From IMG/VR virus record IMGVR_UViG_3300048121_001678, positions 233,165-297,164 of that record: 64,000 bases of DNA; one strand, 5' to 3'. The notes beneath the pieces are model-generated. The model worked only from the letters and a program-made list of their open reading frames with translations, had not been told where the DNA came from and made no database searches. Positions 1 through 10,106 of this stretch are shown here, piece after piece (positions within the stretch are counted from its first letter, which is position 1; the number at the start of each line of letters is the position of its first letter). Both the position numbers and the translations under genes were made by a program.

Positions 1-105
1 GTCCCGCACATATGTCAATACTACTAAATGAAAATATTTCATCAGTAGGTTTTGGTTTTTCCGAAGAGGCAGGTGGTTTAGTTGTTTGTTTTAGAAGTAA
101 GAAAT

Positions 106-135
106 AAAAAAAGGAGGGAAAACCCTCCTTTTTTT
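106..135. terminator. Bidirectional intrinsic terminator
   Basis: Hairpin aaggaggg-aaaa-ccctcctt flanked by A and T tracts, just past the stop of 142..1209(-). Confidence 0.75.
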
Positions 136-141
136 ATTAGT

Positions 142-1209
142 TTAATCAAATGCTGGACAAAGTGTTTGACTTGGTCTACGTCGTTTAGATTTGTTTTTGG
201 ATTTTTTAATCCATGTATATAATGGTATTTTAATAGATATACCTTTAGTTCTTCTCTGGAATGTAACTTTATATAGTTTGGTTGTCAGTGTTTCTTCACC
301 CCCGTCTTTCCCTGGTGATGGAGGTTTATTTAGAACAACCTGAATATCAACATTTAAATATTTATAAGGTTCATATTTAGACTTATCAGAGCCTTTTTTC
401 CATTCAGGTCCTGATGTTCCATCACCATTTTGACCTTTATAGTTTTGAGTGATTACCGTATTTGAATCAGTTATAACACCTAAGGAGTTTAATTGAGATT
501 CTATATATTTTAATGCACTATCATTCCTTAATTTAGATAACTCCTTAAACGTATATGTTTTACCGTCAGGAGATTGAGTATTAGGTATTCTCGATGCCGA
601 AGTATCAACATTTAAATTTTTTAAGTACATTTTAGGTTTACCCTCTAAGCTCTTCATTGATTCTAATTGAGTTTTAATTGGGTCAATAACATCTTTTTTA
701 AATTGCTCTTTAAAATATGGTGTAGTTTCATAGTAATTATCGACAAAGAAATCTGAAGAAGGTGAATTATTCGCTGGAAAAACTACTGGTAACGAAGGAT
801 ACACTTTAGGTTCTCCAGGTACTTTTTCAGTTCTTTCACCCGCATTACTACAGTACACTCTATTCCATTTATTTTCCGGATAAGTTTCGTTGAATGACTC
901 AACCGTTGCCACCGCTAAATCTATTTGATTTTTCTTAATTTCTTCCCACTTAGTTCGACTTGTTTTTGTCATCAGAGAAACCATTACATTCGCCTCAGGT
1001 CCGTTAACAAACTCTTCCCATTGTTCTTCTGAAAGTTCTGGTTGTACATTACCTTGTTTTAATGTTTTTTTATCTTTAGTTTTGGATTTAATAATTTGAA
1101 CACGCTTAGTTCCCACACGTCTCAATTGTTCATTATACTCTTGTTCTTCAAGTACCTTTCTAACCATATTCTCCAAATCAGATTCAGATATTTTTACTAC
1201 TTTCCTCAT
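142..1209 (-). CDS. Putative internal virion protein; leader motif plus possible OmpA-like domain
   Basis: Start moved to MRKVVKISESDLENMVRKVLEEQ (1209) because the longer ORF overlaps the tmRNA; TATTTAT at 1230-1236; LSKLRNDSALKYIESQL resembles the OmpA_C LSxxRA motif. Confidence 0.65.
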   Translation of the reverse strand: MRKVVKISESDLENMVRKVLEEQEYNEQLRRVGTKRVQIIKSKTKDKKTLKQGNVQPELSEEQWEEFVNGPEANVMVSLMTKTSRTKWEEIKKNQIDLAVATVESFNETYPENKWNRVYCSNAGERTEKVPGEPKVYPSLPVVFPANNSPSSDFFVDNYYETTPYFKEQFKKDVIDPIKTQLESMKSLEGKPKMYLKNLNVDTSASRIPNTQSPDGKTYTFKELSKLRNDSALKYIESQLNSLGVITDSNTVITQNYKGQNGDGTSGPEWKKGSDKSKYEPYKYLNVDIQVVLNKPPSPGKDGGEETLTTKLYKVTFQRRTKGISIKIPLYTWIKKSKNKSKRRRPSQTLCPAFD

Positions 1210-1237
1210 AATGCTACGTTTTATTAATGATAAATAG

Positions 1238-1294
1238 TTTGTTATTAGAAAAAAAGTATTTATATTTGTACTCAGAAACAAAAGTTCTTTGAAA
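1238..1294 (+). promoter_or_regulatory. Bacteroidota-type promoter and boxA-like element for tmRNA
   Basis: TTTG (1238-1241), 19-nt spacer, TATATTTG (1261-1268), then GTTCTTTGAAA (1284-1294). Confidence 0.65.
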
Positions 1295-1298
1295 TTAT

Positions 1299-1688
1299 GG
1301 GGGTGAATGGAATTGATTGGCAGGGTCAGTTGCACGGGGCACGTAGTGAGATGTTATCTATCACTTTAATCTATGATGGCAATTTTGTAATCGGCGAAAC
1401 TTTCGCAAAACTTCAGGCAGTAGGTCTCCTACGTACTGAAGAAGTAGCTGTAGCGTAAGACGTTAACAGTGAATCGGGTCGGTCAGGACATGTACCTATG
1501 AACAGAAGTCCGTTGTTGTGGTGGAAAAACGATTAAACCCTAAATTGAGTCGTACATCTATTGGTGATAGAGGATGTAAAAATTCAATCACATATTTCGG
1601 AACATTGTGAACTAATGTTGACCTAAACGTGTAGTCCTTTGTAGGTGGACTGAACAAGACGCGGGTTCGAATCCCGCCACCTCCACCA
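1299..1688 (+). ncRNA. ssrA: tmRNA; tag ORF 1393-1458 encodes GETFAKLQAVGLLRTEEVAVA*
   Basis: 5' GGGGGTG pairs with 3' CACCTCC-A-CCA with a G3.U70 alanine determinant; T-arm GCGGG-TTCGAAT-CCCGC; 390 nt; resume context gtaatc-GGC. Confidence 0.93.
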
Positions 1689-1696
1689 AAGCTAAG

Positions 1697-1730
1697 GTCC
1701 AATAGAGTTTATCTATTGGACTTTTTTTTT
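1697..1730 (+). terminator. Intrinsic terminator after tmRNA
   Basis: 10-bp stem gtccaataga/tctattggac followed by T9. Confidence 0.8.
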
Positions 1731-1761
1731 ATAAACTATATGTTATTACAAAACAAAACTT

Positions 1762-2019
1762 ATGAAATTACCTATAATTAAAAAGATTGTAGAATCAGGT
1801 GAATTTGATGAGGATTACTTAGATGAGACAATTGAAGTTCTTCTTTGTATTTCAGAATCAAGAGGACTTAAAGATGAGGAAATGGATGTCATCGGTGAAC
1901 TTATCTCAAATATCTCAGGAGCCCAAGAGGTGATGAAAGATATAAAAGACGGTACATCACAACGTGATGCACTGAACGGTTTCATGAAACGAGTTACTAA
2001 TAGTGTAACGTTTAATTAA
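1762..2019 (+). CDS. Small acidic helical protein resembling a conserved Bacteroidota family (DUF6952-like)
   Basis: MKLPIIK..DEEMDVIGELISN..ALNGFMKRV pattern; family recalled from memory. Confidence 0.6.
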   Translation: MKLPIIKKIVESGEFDEDYLDETIEVLLCISESRGLKDEEMDVIGELISNISGAQEVMKDIKDGTSQRDALNGFMKRVTNSVTFN

Positions 2020-2276
2020 ATCTTTAACCATGTGTATCCACCAATACCATCGTCAAGTAATTTATAGGCGTCACCAGTATAGTCATCAGGTATCACCGCC
2101 GATTCTAAACCGGTAAGATTTACTAATTCAAAACCATCGGAGGTTCCCCATCCTTCTTGTGAACCTGAGAATTCATTTGCGGACACTGATATTAATTCTG
2201 TTTCGGTGATACTAATAACACCTGTAGTGGTCACAAATCTCACAACTTTTGATGTTGAATTTCTACAAACGTACAT
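2016..2276 (-). CDS. Hypothetical protein
   Basis: 86 aa ORF with TATTTAT at 2306-2312. Confidence 0.6.
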   Translation of the reverse strand: MYVCRNSTSKVVRFVTTTGVISITETELISVSANEFSGSQEGWGTSDGFELVNLTGLESAVIPDDYTGDAYKLLDDGIGGYTWLKI

Positions 2277-2416
2277 AATTTATATTTTTTTGTTTTTATT
2301 TAACAATAAATAGATATTACTCTTGATTATTCCAATAATAATGTTGTGGGTTTATAAAATTTGCAGTATATTTGTATTGTTAATAAGGACATAAACCACG
2401 AAAAAAAAGAAAAAAC

Positions 2417-3166
2417 ATGACAGTAACAGGAATCAACATCACAGAAAAAGTAAGAGACTACAAAGGAAACAATTCATTCATCAAGAACCTGAAGCCAGGT
2501 CTTTCAAAGTACGGGAGACTAACTCCTAAGCAATTCGCAGCTGCTGAGAAAATCATCTTAAACGAAGTACGTAGTTCTGAAGTGAAGGTTGAGGACCTAC
2601 CACAATCTATTCAAGATATCGTAAACTACGGTGGTGAGTTGAAGTTCGTAAAAGACATTCAGTCTAAATATAACAAATATCGTCGTCTTACTGAGAAGCA
2701 AGTATCTGCAGCGACTAAAGCAATCAGCCGTGAAAAAGCTAAAAAGTCACAGAAAGAAATCAATGTTGACATCGTTGGTAACACTATCAAACTTGGACGT
2801 AACATCGCTTTGGATATCAAAGACACATACAACTTAGAGTTCCAACCAATCTTAGTTGACGTTACTAAAGTCATGACAGTATCTGAAAAGGCAGTGAAGA
2901 TAGAGGCTAAACTAACAAAAGAAAACGGTGGTATCTGTCGTTGTTGTGGTAGAACACTTACTGATGATATGTCTAAAATGACAGGTATCGGTCCTGTATG
3001 TTCACGTAACGTGGGGGTTAAACACCCGACATCTCGAGAAGACCTACCTAAGTACCAACAGATGATTTCTGACAAAATCGACGAAATAGGAACATTTGAG
3101 TTCTGGATTCCAAAAAGAGGAATCGTCGAGTGGAACGGTCACGGAGCAGTATTATTAAAGCTCTAA
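2417..3166 (+). CDS. DUF6011-like zinc-ribbon protein
   Basis: CRCCGRTLTD..S..TGIGPVC motif; host-type promoter TATATTTG at 2367-2374; terminator at about 3173-3200. Confidence 0.75.
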   Translation: MTVTGINITEKVRDYKGNNSFIKNLKPGLSKYGRLTPKQFAAAEKIILNEVRSSEVKVEDLPQSIQDIVNYGGELKFVKDIQSKYNKYRRLTEKQVSAATKAISREKAKKSQKEINVDIVGNTIKLGRNIALDIKDTYNLEFQPILVDVTKVMTVSEKAVKIEAKLTKENGGICRCCGRTLTDDMSKMTGIGPVCSRNVGVKHPTSREDLPKYQQMISDKIDEIGTFEFWIPKRGIVEWNGHGAVLLKL

Positions 3167-3280
3167 TATTAACGGAGGGGGAAACCCCTCCTTTTTTTTT
3201 TATTGTTTTTTTAATAGATGGGCCGAGTTAACCTACTAAGGTACTATTAAAAATTTTAAATTCCTAATAAAATTTTACTT

Positions 3281-4045
3281 TTATAACCCCTTATCTCTTT
3301 TAATGTCATCATCGGTTGGTTCGGTTAATGAGTTACCCAAATCCTGAAATCTAGACTGACCTGTATAATCAATTTTAGTTGCAATTGCAGAAATATTAGA
3401 AATAAACATCTCTCTTATATCTGAACGGGGGTGAGAGGAAATTACTGATGATAAAAATTCATCACTAACAATTACATTCTTTTTAAGTTTTGGTAAGTGC
3501 TGTTCAACTAATTTTTCAATACCGGCTCTTTTAATAATGTAAGTATGTGTGTTATAAAATGCAGATGGTCTAATAAAGTGTTTCTTACCAATCCTTTTAC
3601 TATCAATTAGTTTTTTAAAAATTCTGTGTAATGAATTGTGTGACATTAAGCAAAGGTCCCATTCGTAGTCATCCATTTCGTCGAATATTGACCAATCTAT
3701 TGGTATACGAGGGATAAAATCATCTTCTAAAATCATAATAGTATTGTAACCATTCTTATGAGCGTCCTCCCAACACCGAGTATGTGAAATCATTCCACCC
3801 GCTTCACCATATGTTGTCGGTCTATTCCAAAAATCATACTTAATTTTACTCTCAGGTAGTTCCCATCCTTTATACAGGGTATATTCATCACCTTCCTCTT
3901 TAATTAACCTTTTTCCCACATAACCCTCAAACACTTCAACATCACAACCAAATGGTAATGGTAACATCTCAGCTCTCTGAAGTAACTCCTCAATATATTC
4001 TTTTCTGTGGTCAATAGAAATAATGTAGACTTTATCGATATACAT
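3281..4045 (-). CDS. Glycosyltransferase family 25
   Basis: VYIISI..RK, GEAGGMISH..CW, ILEDD motifs. Confidence 0.85.
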   Translation of the reverse strand: MYIDKVYIISIDHRKEYIEELLQRAEMLPLPFGCDVEVFEGYVGKRLIKEEGDEYTLYKGWELPESKIKYDFWNRPTTYGEAGGMISHTRCWEDAHKNGYNTIMILEDDFIPRIPIDWSIFDEMDDYEWDLCLMSHNSLHRIFKKLIDSKRIGKKHFIRPSAFYNTHTYIIKRAGIEKLVEQHLPKLKKNVIVSDEFLSSVISSHPRSDIREMFISNISAIATKIDYTGQSRFQDLGNSLTEPTDDDIKRDKGL

Positions 4046-4133
4046 AAATTACTTTTTTAATTAAAAATAGTATTTGTTATAAAATAATAAACCCACCTAA
4101 GAGGTGGGTTCACTATGTGTCGTATTTAGTGTC

Positions 4134-5015
4134 TTATAAGGACATTAACATGTCCAATAACTCTTGTTGTGGGAACATATCCACTTTATCTTTACGGGTG
4201 TTTGTGTGTGTCCACAAACCTTTAACCTTACCGTAGTATGCGTCCTCATTCCATTCGAATGCATCTGCACCTTTATCTTTAATCAATGATGGTAATCCTG
4301 CTCTAATATCAATACCGTCTCTATCACCAATCCATAATATCCACTTTCTTAACGCTTCAATTTGTTCGTCAGAATAACGATGCCACGTTTTGTGACCTCT
4401 AAATTCTTTATCAAGTGTAACTATTTGTGACTCAGCAACAGATGTTCCAGCATATGTTTTACCATTCTTAATCCATCCAAAGTTACAAACCTCAATGGCA
4501 ACTGAGTTAACGTGCATCTTTTGTGAACCATTTTTACCTAAGTGCCAACCGTAATTACCTTCAGGGAAAGCTTGTACCATTACACCGTCATATGTGTCAT
4601 CATTACCCTTTACTGATTGACCACCCAGTACAAATTCCGTGGCAACTGCACCTCTACTGTCTCTACCCCACGAATCAATACATTTATAAGGATTATTCCA
4701 ACCTGCAGTGTGGTGTAAAAATAACCATTCAGGTTTAATTGGACCTTCTTTATATTCACCCTTAGGTAAAAAATGTTGGTTTATCATCAAACCATTATCA
4801 GTGGTATAAGACTGTTCAGAATTATCTGTAGTTGCTAGACCCATTGCGTCCCAAGTTTTTGGACCTACTATCCCGTCAGAAACCAAACCATTATCCATTT
4901 GCCATTTTTTAACAGTTAACTCTGTACCTTTACCAAAAATACCATCGGTAGTTATATTGAAGAATTCTTGTAGAGTTTTCACTTCTTTACCTCTTGAACC
5001 TATTTTTAAAATCAT
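4134..5015 (-). CDS. Endolysin: peptidoglycan-binding domain plus N-acetylmuramoyl-L-alanine amidase (Amidase_2)
   Basis: LKIGSRG.EVKTLQ..DGIFG.GT..DGIVGPKTW; LHHTAG, WH.G, H(T)N..K.D zinc ligands. Confidence 0.88.
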   Translation of the reverse strand: MILKIGSRGKEVKTLQEFFNITTDGIFGKGTELTVKKWQMDNGLVSDGIVGPKTWDAMGLATTDNSEQSYTTDNGLMINQHFLPKGEYKEGPIKPEWLFLHHTAGWNNPYKCIDSWGRDSRGAVATEFVLGGQSVKGNDDTYDGVMVQAFPEGNYGWHLGKNGSQKMHVNSVAIEVCNFGWIKNGKTYAGTSVAESQIVTLDKEFRGHKTWHRYSDEQIEALRKWILWIGDRDGIDIRAGLPSLIKDKGADAFEWNEDAYYGKVKGLWTHTNTRKDKVDMFPQQELLDMLMSL

Positions 5016-5107
5016 ATTATATTATTTAAAAGTTTATTTACCATAAATATATCTTTGATTATGAAATTTATTATCTTTACCGTTATATGGTTATCAAATT
5101 AAATTAA

Positions 5108-5599
5108 ATGAATGTAGTATTAGTCCTAAACTCAGACTTTACACCACACAACGTAACAACATTACGAAGAGGTTTTGTATTAGTGGAAAAAGGTAAAGCT
5201 GAGATATTGAAAAAAGGTGATGATATAATAACAACATCAGGTAACTTTGTTAGACCCTTAGTTATTCGATTAGTTAATTATGTTAGATATCGAGCAAGGA
5301 ACTTAGGTGTGAACCGTAAACGACTATTTAAAAGAGATAGATACCAATGTGGTTATTGTGGTTCTAAAAATAATTTAACAATCGACCATATAATTCCTAA
5401 ATCCAGAGGGGGGTTAAATACTTGGGATAATTTGGTGACATCATGTTTTAGATGTAATAGTATTAAGGATAATAAAACACCTTCAGAAGCGGGAATGAGA
5501 TTAAGGATTAAACCTTATACACCCACATTATTCTCACGTGTTATCGACGATACTGTTGAGTCAATATGGGAATCATTTAAAAAAGAAGTGTTTAAATAA
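5108..5599 (+). CDS. HNH endonuclease (McrA-like)
   Basis: RDRYQCGYCG..LTIDHIIPKSRGG..WDNLVTSC..CN. Confidence 0.9.
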   Translation: MNVVLVLNSDFTPHNVTTLRRGFVLVEKGKAEILKKGDDIITTSGNFVRPLVIRLVNYVRYRARNLGVNRKRLFKRDRYQCGYCGSKNNLTIDHIIPKSRGGLNTWDNLVTSCFRCNSIKDNKTPSEAGMRLRIKPYTPTLFSRVIDDTVESIWESFKKEVFK

Positions 5600-5659
5600 A
5601 AAAAGGTGTTCTCACGAACACCTTCCTTAGATAAACTCACCTCCTTTCCTTTGGTTTGT

Positions 5660-6247
5660 TTATGATACGATATTATCTCTAATATCCATCATCTTTCGTT
5701 CCATGTTTGAGTTTATATCTCCCATTAAAGGACTCAACATGTCTACAAACATATCTTCTAATTCTTTTTCATTATTTGGGTCTTGAGCCAACTTAGCAAC
5801 TTTACTTTTCATAAATTCAGGTAATGTTTCTAAATAACCAAGTGAGAAATCTTCACTATAAACTTTAGCTAGTTTCGATGCTAAAAATCTTGGTTCAGTA
5901 AACAACTTAGTTACATCGTCAACATCAGTTTCACCAATCGCCTTCTCAATTACCTTTTGTTCAAAATCACCAATATTTAATTTACTCATTAAAAACTCAC
6001 TCAACTTACTCTTCACTGTTTCCATAAATTGTGGTCCGTCATCTTGAAACATTTGATTCAAAACTGAAATAAGATTTTCATTAATAAGTTTAGTGTCGAA
6101 CTTCTGAGTTCTCATATATTTTATTTCAGACACCAATTTAGGGAATGTCTTAGTATTACTTAATCTTCTATTAATAATTGAAGACTCGGTAATTCTCTTT
6201 TCTCTTTTTTCTTCTATTTCTAAAAGATGTTTTTTAAGGTTTTTCAT
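5660..6247 (-). CDS. Hypothetical helical protein, putative internal virion protein
   Basis: Last gene of the 10393-5660 minus-strand run; leader with LLE, ITE and INE sites. Confidence 0.65.
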   Translation of the reverse strand: MKNLKKHLLEIEEKREKRITESSIINRRLSNTKTFPKLVSEIKYMRTQKFDTKLINENLISVLNQMFQDDGPQFMETVKSKLSEFLMSKLNIGDFEQKVIEKAIGETDVDDVTKLFTEPRFLASKLAKVYSEDFSLGYLETLPEFMKSKVAKLAQDPNNEKELEDMFVDMLSPLMGDINSNMERKMMDIRDNIVS

Positions 6248-6248
6248 A

Positions 6249-7640
6249 TTATTTTTTTAACGATATTACGTCATTATCAGTACCAACGGTTTGATTATTA
6301 TAGTTAATCATAAATAGTCCTGAATTAGGGTCTTGTGCCCATTTATTACTACCTATCTCATTTAACTTATCACCTATCTTTGAGAAATCTAATCTTCCTC
6401 CGAAATCGTGTTGTCTTCTACATCTATATACTTGTTTAGCAGCACTTCTTCTTTCTTCGTCAGACATATCGAAATCACCTATTTTACCGATTTCATAATA
6501 TTGCTCAATCATTTCTTTACATTGTTTTTTAGTAATTGATTGTAACTCAGATAGTTCTTTAATTGATTTAGTTCTATTACCAACACTAATACCGTCTCTC
6601 TTTAGTTTATACATTTTAAACTCTTTAAATGGTTCAAAATCTTCTGAATATTTTGACTTAACATCCATCTCCTGATACATATCAGGGTTAATAGGTCTTA
6701 ATACCGCATAACCCTCATTGTTCAAACTTTTAATTATTCTTTTTTGACGGGCAGTAAAATGCTTACTAACTAAATCAGTTACTGAGTCGATACCCTCGGA
6801 TGATGCCTTTTTATAGATGTCATTTAATAATTTATTATTTTCCACACCTAACTCTTCCTCAGGTCTCTTTTCATCTGTCTTAACAGCCGGTTTATCATCT
6901 GTCTTAATAGATGTCTTAATAGAGTCTTTATCAGGACCACTTACGGGTTCACTGACATTTGGTAATCTATTATAACTAACTACCGCGTTATTCTTACCAC
7001 CTGGACCACCAACTAGTTTAAAGCCCCCACTATTATCATATTGTATATATACTTGTTCAGGTTTTGTTGAGTAACCCTGTTCTAATAGTACTTTTTCCAA
7101 ACCTTTAGCCTCAACAATATCGTATGATAACTTATAAACGTTATCAGGGGTATATTCCACATAAAACGGATATATTCCCCTATCCCTAACCATATAATCA
7201 ATTAAATAATTAATAAATGTATCATCTACCTTTGACATATCAAGGTCCTTTAATTCATCACCTAATTCTCTTTTTAAACGACCTAATGTTCTTGATTTTA
7301 CAATTTCACGGTCAGTATCTTTAAGTTTATTTAAAAGATTATTTTTTTCCCTATCAAAAACACCAAAAATATCAAACATCTCAGACATTCTCTGTGAAAG
7401 CTTAACCTCTTTTGAGTCGTCAGGTGTAGGTGTTGGAGTTCTTGTTGGTGTAGGTGTTGATGGGTCAGGTGTTTGCTGAGGGTCAACTTCTTTTGCTTTA
7501 TACATTTGGAATCCATTGACAGTGATAATATCGTGAGTGGTTGATGAATAATTATTAGGCCTCTCTAAAGACCATCCATCAGACTCTGCAGACGTAACGC
7601 TATTATACTGTTGTTCTAAAATTATACTTAATCCTTTCAT
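6249..7640 (-). CDS. Hypothetical protein with Pro/Thr linkers, putative internal virion protein
   Basis: 463 aa; MKGLSIILEQQ leader and internal VLLEQ; PTPTPTRTPTP linker. Confidence 0.7.
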   Translation of the reverse strand: MKGLSIILEQQYNSVTSAESDGWSLERPNNYSSTTHDIITVNGFQMYKAKEVDPQQTPDPSTPTPTRTPTPTPDDSKEVKLSQRMSEMFDIFGVFDREKNNLLNKLKDTDREIVKSRTLGRLKRELGDELKDLDMSKVDDTFINYLIDYMVRDRGIYPFYVEYTPDNVYKLSYDIVEAKGLEKVLLEQGYSTKPEQVYIQYDNSGGFKLVGGPGGKNNAVVSYNRLPNVSEPVSGPDKDSIKTSIKTDDKPAVKTDEKRPEEELGVENNKLLNDIYKKASSEGIDSVTDLVSKHFTARQKRIIKSLNNEGYAVLRPINPDMYQEMDVKSKYSEDFEPFKEFKMYKLKRDGISVGNRTKSIKELSELQSITKKQCKEMIEQYYEIGKIGDFDMSDEERRSAAKQVYRCRRQHDFGGRLDFSKIGDKLNEIGSNKWAQDPNSGLFMINYNNQTVGTDNDVISLKK

Positions 7641-7647
7641 ATTATAC

Positions 7648-8817
7648 CTATTGTTCTTTTGATGTTATTTTTCCTTTTTCCAAAGTTACACTATAATCCT
7701 GTGGTCCTCTAACTTGGGCATTTTTACCATCCTGACTTATGTAAATTTTAAACTCATTATTAAATGTAGGTTCATCAATAGGATACATATTTATCAGATG
7801 TTCTCTCACATTTGATTGTGTCAATTCACCAATTTCTCCTGTTGCGTTTGAAAACATATCTTTAATCCATGCAATATCACCCCAATTATTGAACCTTGCC
7901 AATGTTGAATACCATAATAACGCACCCAGAGAAGGTCCAAGACTAAATCCACTAATAACGGTGAGTAGTTTTTTCCACATGGGTAGTTTTGACCACCATG
8001 ATGGATTGATTTCATTAACTCTTTTAAGTTCGGTCAATATATCTGGGTCAATTCTTCTAGAAGAAGAAATTGCGTCTGACATTAATTTATTATATTCAGT
8101 ATCTGAAATATCTTTTAGGAATGAACCTTTTTTTCTCGCATTTTTGATGAATTCTTTGAACGCTTTTTCATTTCTTGCAACCATTTCTTTTGTTGTTTTA
8201 GAAACAGCATCAGTAGGTATATTATCAACAACACTTGCACTCTTCAATAGGTCATCGACCGCATTATCTAAATTAGAAATAACGTTTTTATTTATAAAGT
8301 CACTATATTTTGAATCAAATTCAGACTTGAAGTCCCTAACTAATTTTGACTTAATTTCATCAGCACCTTCTAAGTATGGTAATTCATCTAATTTATCTGA
8401 ATAATATTTTATAATCTTATTACGTTGGTCCATAGTGATTTGACCCATGCTATCAACTTTTGCAAATATTTTTGAACCAATCTCATCGAAATTAGAACCA
8501 AAAAACTTACCTGATTTCATAAACTTAACTAAGTCATCCACATTATCAATTGTTGATTTTGATAATATTTCTAATACATCGTCAGAAAGGTTATCAATTC
8601 CATCTGTATCAATTCTTCTGATGACATCATCTATTTGATTATCTGTTAAGTTGAATAACTTAGTTAATGGGTCCAACAAATCATCTGATGTTTTTAGTAC
8701 TTTCTTTACTAAAGGTTTTGGTAACGGTATTGGTTGTTCAACTAATAATTTACTCGATAAACCCATAATTTCATGGATTCGATTAATATCTTCATTAATT
8801 ATTTTTTTATTTTTCAT
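7648..8817 (-). CDS. Putative internal virion protein with C-terminal hydrophobic segment
   Basis: MKNKKIINEDINRIHEIMG leader; TATTTAT at 8840-8846. Confidence 0.7.
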   Translation of the reverse strand: MKNKKIINEDINRIHEIMGLSSKLLVEQPIPLPKPLVKKVLKTSDDLLDPLTKLFNLTDNQIDDVIRRIDTDGIDNLSDDVLEILSKSTIDNVDDLVKFMKSGKFFGSNFDEIGSKIFAKVDSMGQITMDQRNKIIKYYSDKLDELPYLEGADEIKSKLVRDFKSEFDSKYSDFINKNVISNLDNAVDDLLKSASVVDNIPTDAVSKTTKEMVARNEKAFKEFIKNARKKGSFLKDISDTEYNKLMSDAISSSRRIDPDILTELKRVNEINPSWWSKLPMWKKLLTVISGFSLGPSLGALLWYSTLARFNNWGDIAWIKDMFSNATGEIGELTQSNVREHLINMYPIDEPTFNNEFKIYISQDGKNAQVRGPQDYSVTLEKGKITSKEQ

Positions 8818-8864
8818 ATAATTTCTTTAATTACTAATAATAAATAGTTTTATTTATTATAAAT

Positions 8865-10106
8865 TTATAAGTTTGCTAGTTCACTATCCATATTACTTAA
8901 TACTTTATTAATATATTCAACTTTTTCTTCGTCCGTGGTTTCAATCACCTTTCCAATCGAAATTTGTACACTTTCCTTAATTTCTGTTGATTCATTAACC
9001 ATTTGAGATAATAAATCTTTTTGAAACTTTTCTTTTTCTTTTTCAGATAGTTTAACGTATTCTTCAGGTAACTCAACTCTTCTGTAATCCAATCCTTTAA
9101 TTTCGACACCTAAAATTTTACCAATTTGCATAAAAGTGAGGAGTCCACCTCCTAACGCAGCTACTCTCCAAGTTGCTCTCCATGGGAGTAGACCAACTTT
9201 AGTAAAATATAATAACGCACCTATTAATTTCTTACCCGTATATTTTGACAAAGATTTTGAAATTAAACTACTTAGTTTCGAATATGCTTGGACATTTTTA
9301 CCTATCCAATCAGCATTCTTTTCAAGTTCCATACTAAGCTTTCTTTCCATTGGTGATAAATCTAAACCCTTTGATACTTTATTTAAAAAGGTTTTAAGTG
9401 CACCAGATGTGAACTTTTTTACAAAAGGAATTTTATTCAATAACATACCACCAGGTATAACTGCAAACGCAGCACCAATACCTGCCGATTCATAATCCTT
9501 CTCTTTAACATATAATGCGATATCCGCAGCTTCTAAAACACCGGCAATAGCAAGACCACCGATTCCACCTGTTGCCACAGTAACGATAAGTGCACCTATA
9601 GGTAATACCCAATGCCAAAAATCTTCAGGTAATGGAGGTGATGTTTGACGCTCTTCCCAATCTTCTAAATCTGATTTATAAACCTTCATTAATAGACCCT
9701 TACCTTTAATACCTTTACAAGATGTCCTATATTGGGAACAACTACATATTTTATTATCCTTACAAAGTCTTTTTAATCGTGGAGATGTGTACGTTACAAA
9801 GTAATCTAATTTATTCATCATCACCTTCTTGTCATATGATGACATATTTGATGAGTATACAATGTCTTGGTGAGATGGAGGACTAGGTTTATTTTTACCT
9901 GTGTAGTTTAACATTAATCCAGGTGGTATTGACTTTCCATCAGGCATCAAACCTAAATACTGAGGGTCAACTCTAGTGTTATCTGACTGCATAGTCCTAT
10001 CAGGAATATTAAACTGCTGTTCCTGAATATTCTCATTAAGGGTTTTAGACGAATCGTAATTCATCTTTAATAATATATCTTTTAATATTTGTTCATTATC
10101 TACCAT
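8865..10106 (-). CDS. Putative internal virion or membrane-inserting protein
   Basis: Leader ending TLNEN; Gly/Ala-rich hydrophobic hairpin WVLPIGALIVTVATGGIGGLAIAG. Confidence 0.7.
   Translation of the reverse strand: MVDNEQILKDILLKMNYDSSKTLNENIQEQQFNIPDRTMQSDNTRVDPQYLGLMPDGKSIPPGLMLNYTGKNKPSPPSHQDIVYSSNMSSYDKKVMMNKLDYFVTYTSPRLKRLCKDNKICSCSQYRTSCKGIKGKGLLMKVYKSDLEDWEERQTSPPLPEDFWHWVLPIGALIVTVATGGIGGLAIAGVLEAADIALYVKEKDYESAGIGAAFAVIPGGMLLNKIPFVKKFTSGALKTFLNKVSKGLDLSPMERKLSMELEKNADWIGKNVQAYSKLSSLISKSLSKYTGKKLIGALLYFTKVGLLPWRATWRVAALGGGLLTFMQIGKILGVEIKGLDYRRVELPEEYVKLSEKEKEKFQKDLLSQMVNESTEIKESVQISIGKVIETTDEEKVEYINKVLSNMDSELANL

Noticed and set aside
1210-1702. ORF 1496..1702(-) and the 5' extension of 142..1335
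   Set aside because: Both are antisense to or overlap the tmRNA and its promoter.
5108-5599. Stand-alone HNH as an intron or defence system
   Set aside because: No flanking intron core or partner genes; an ordinary free-standing phage HNH.
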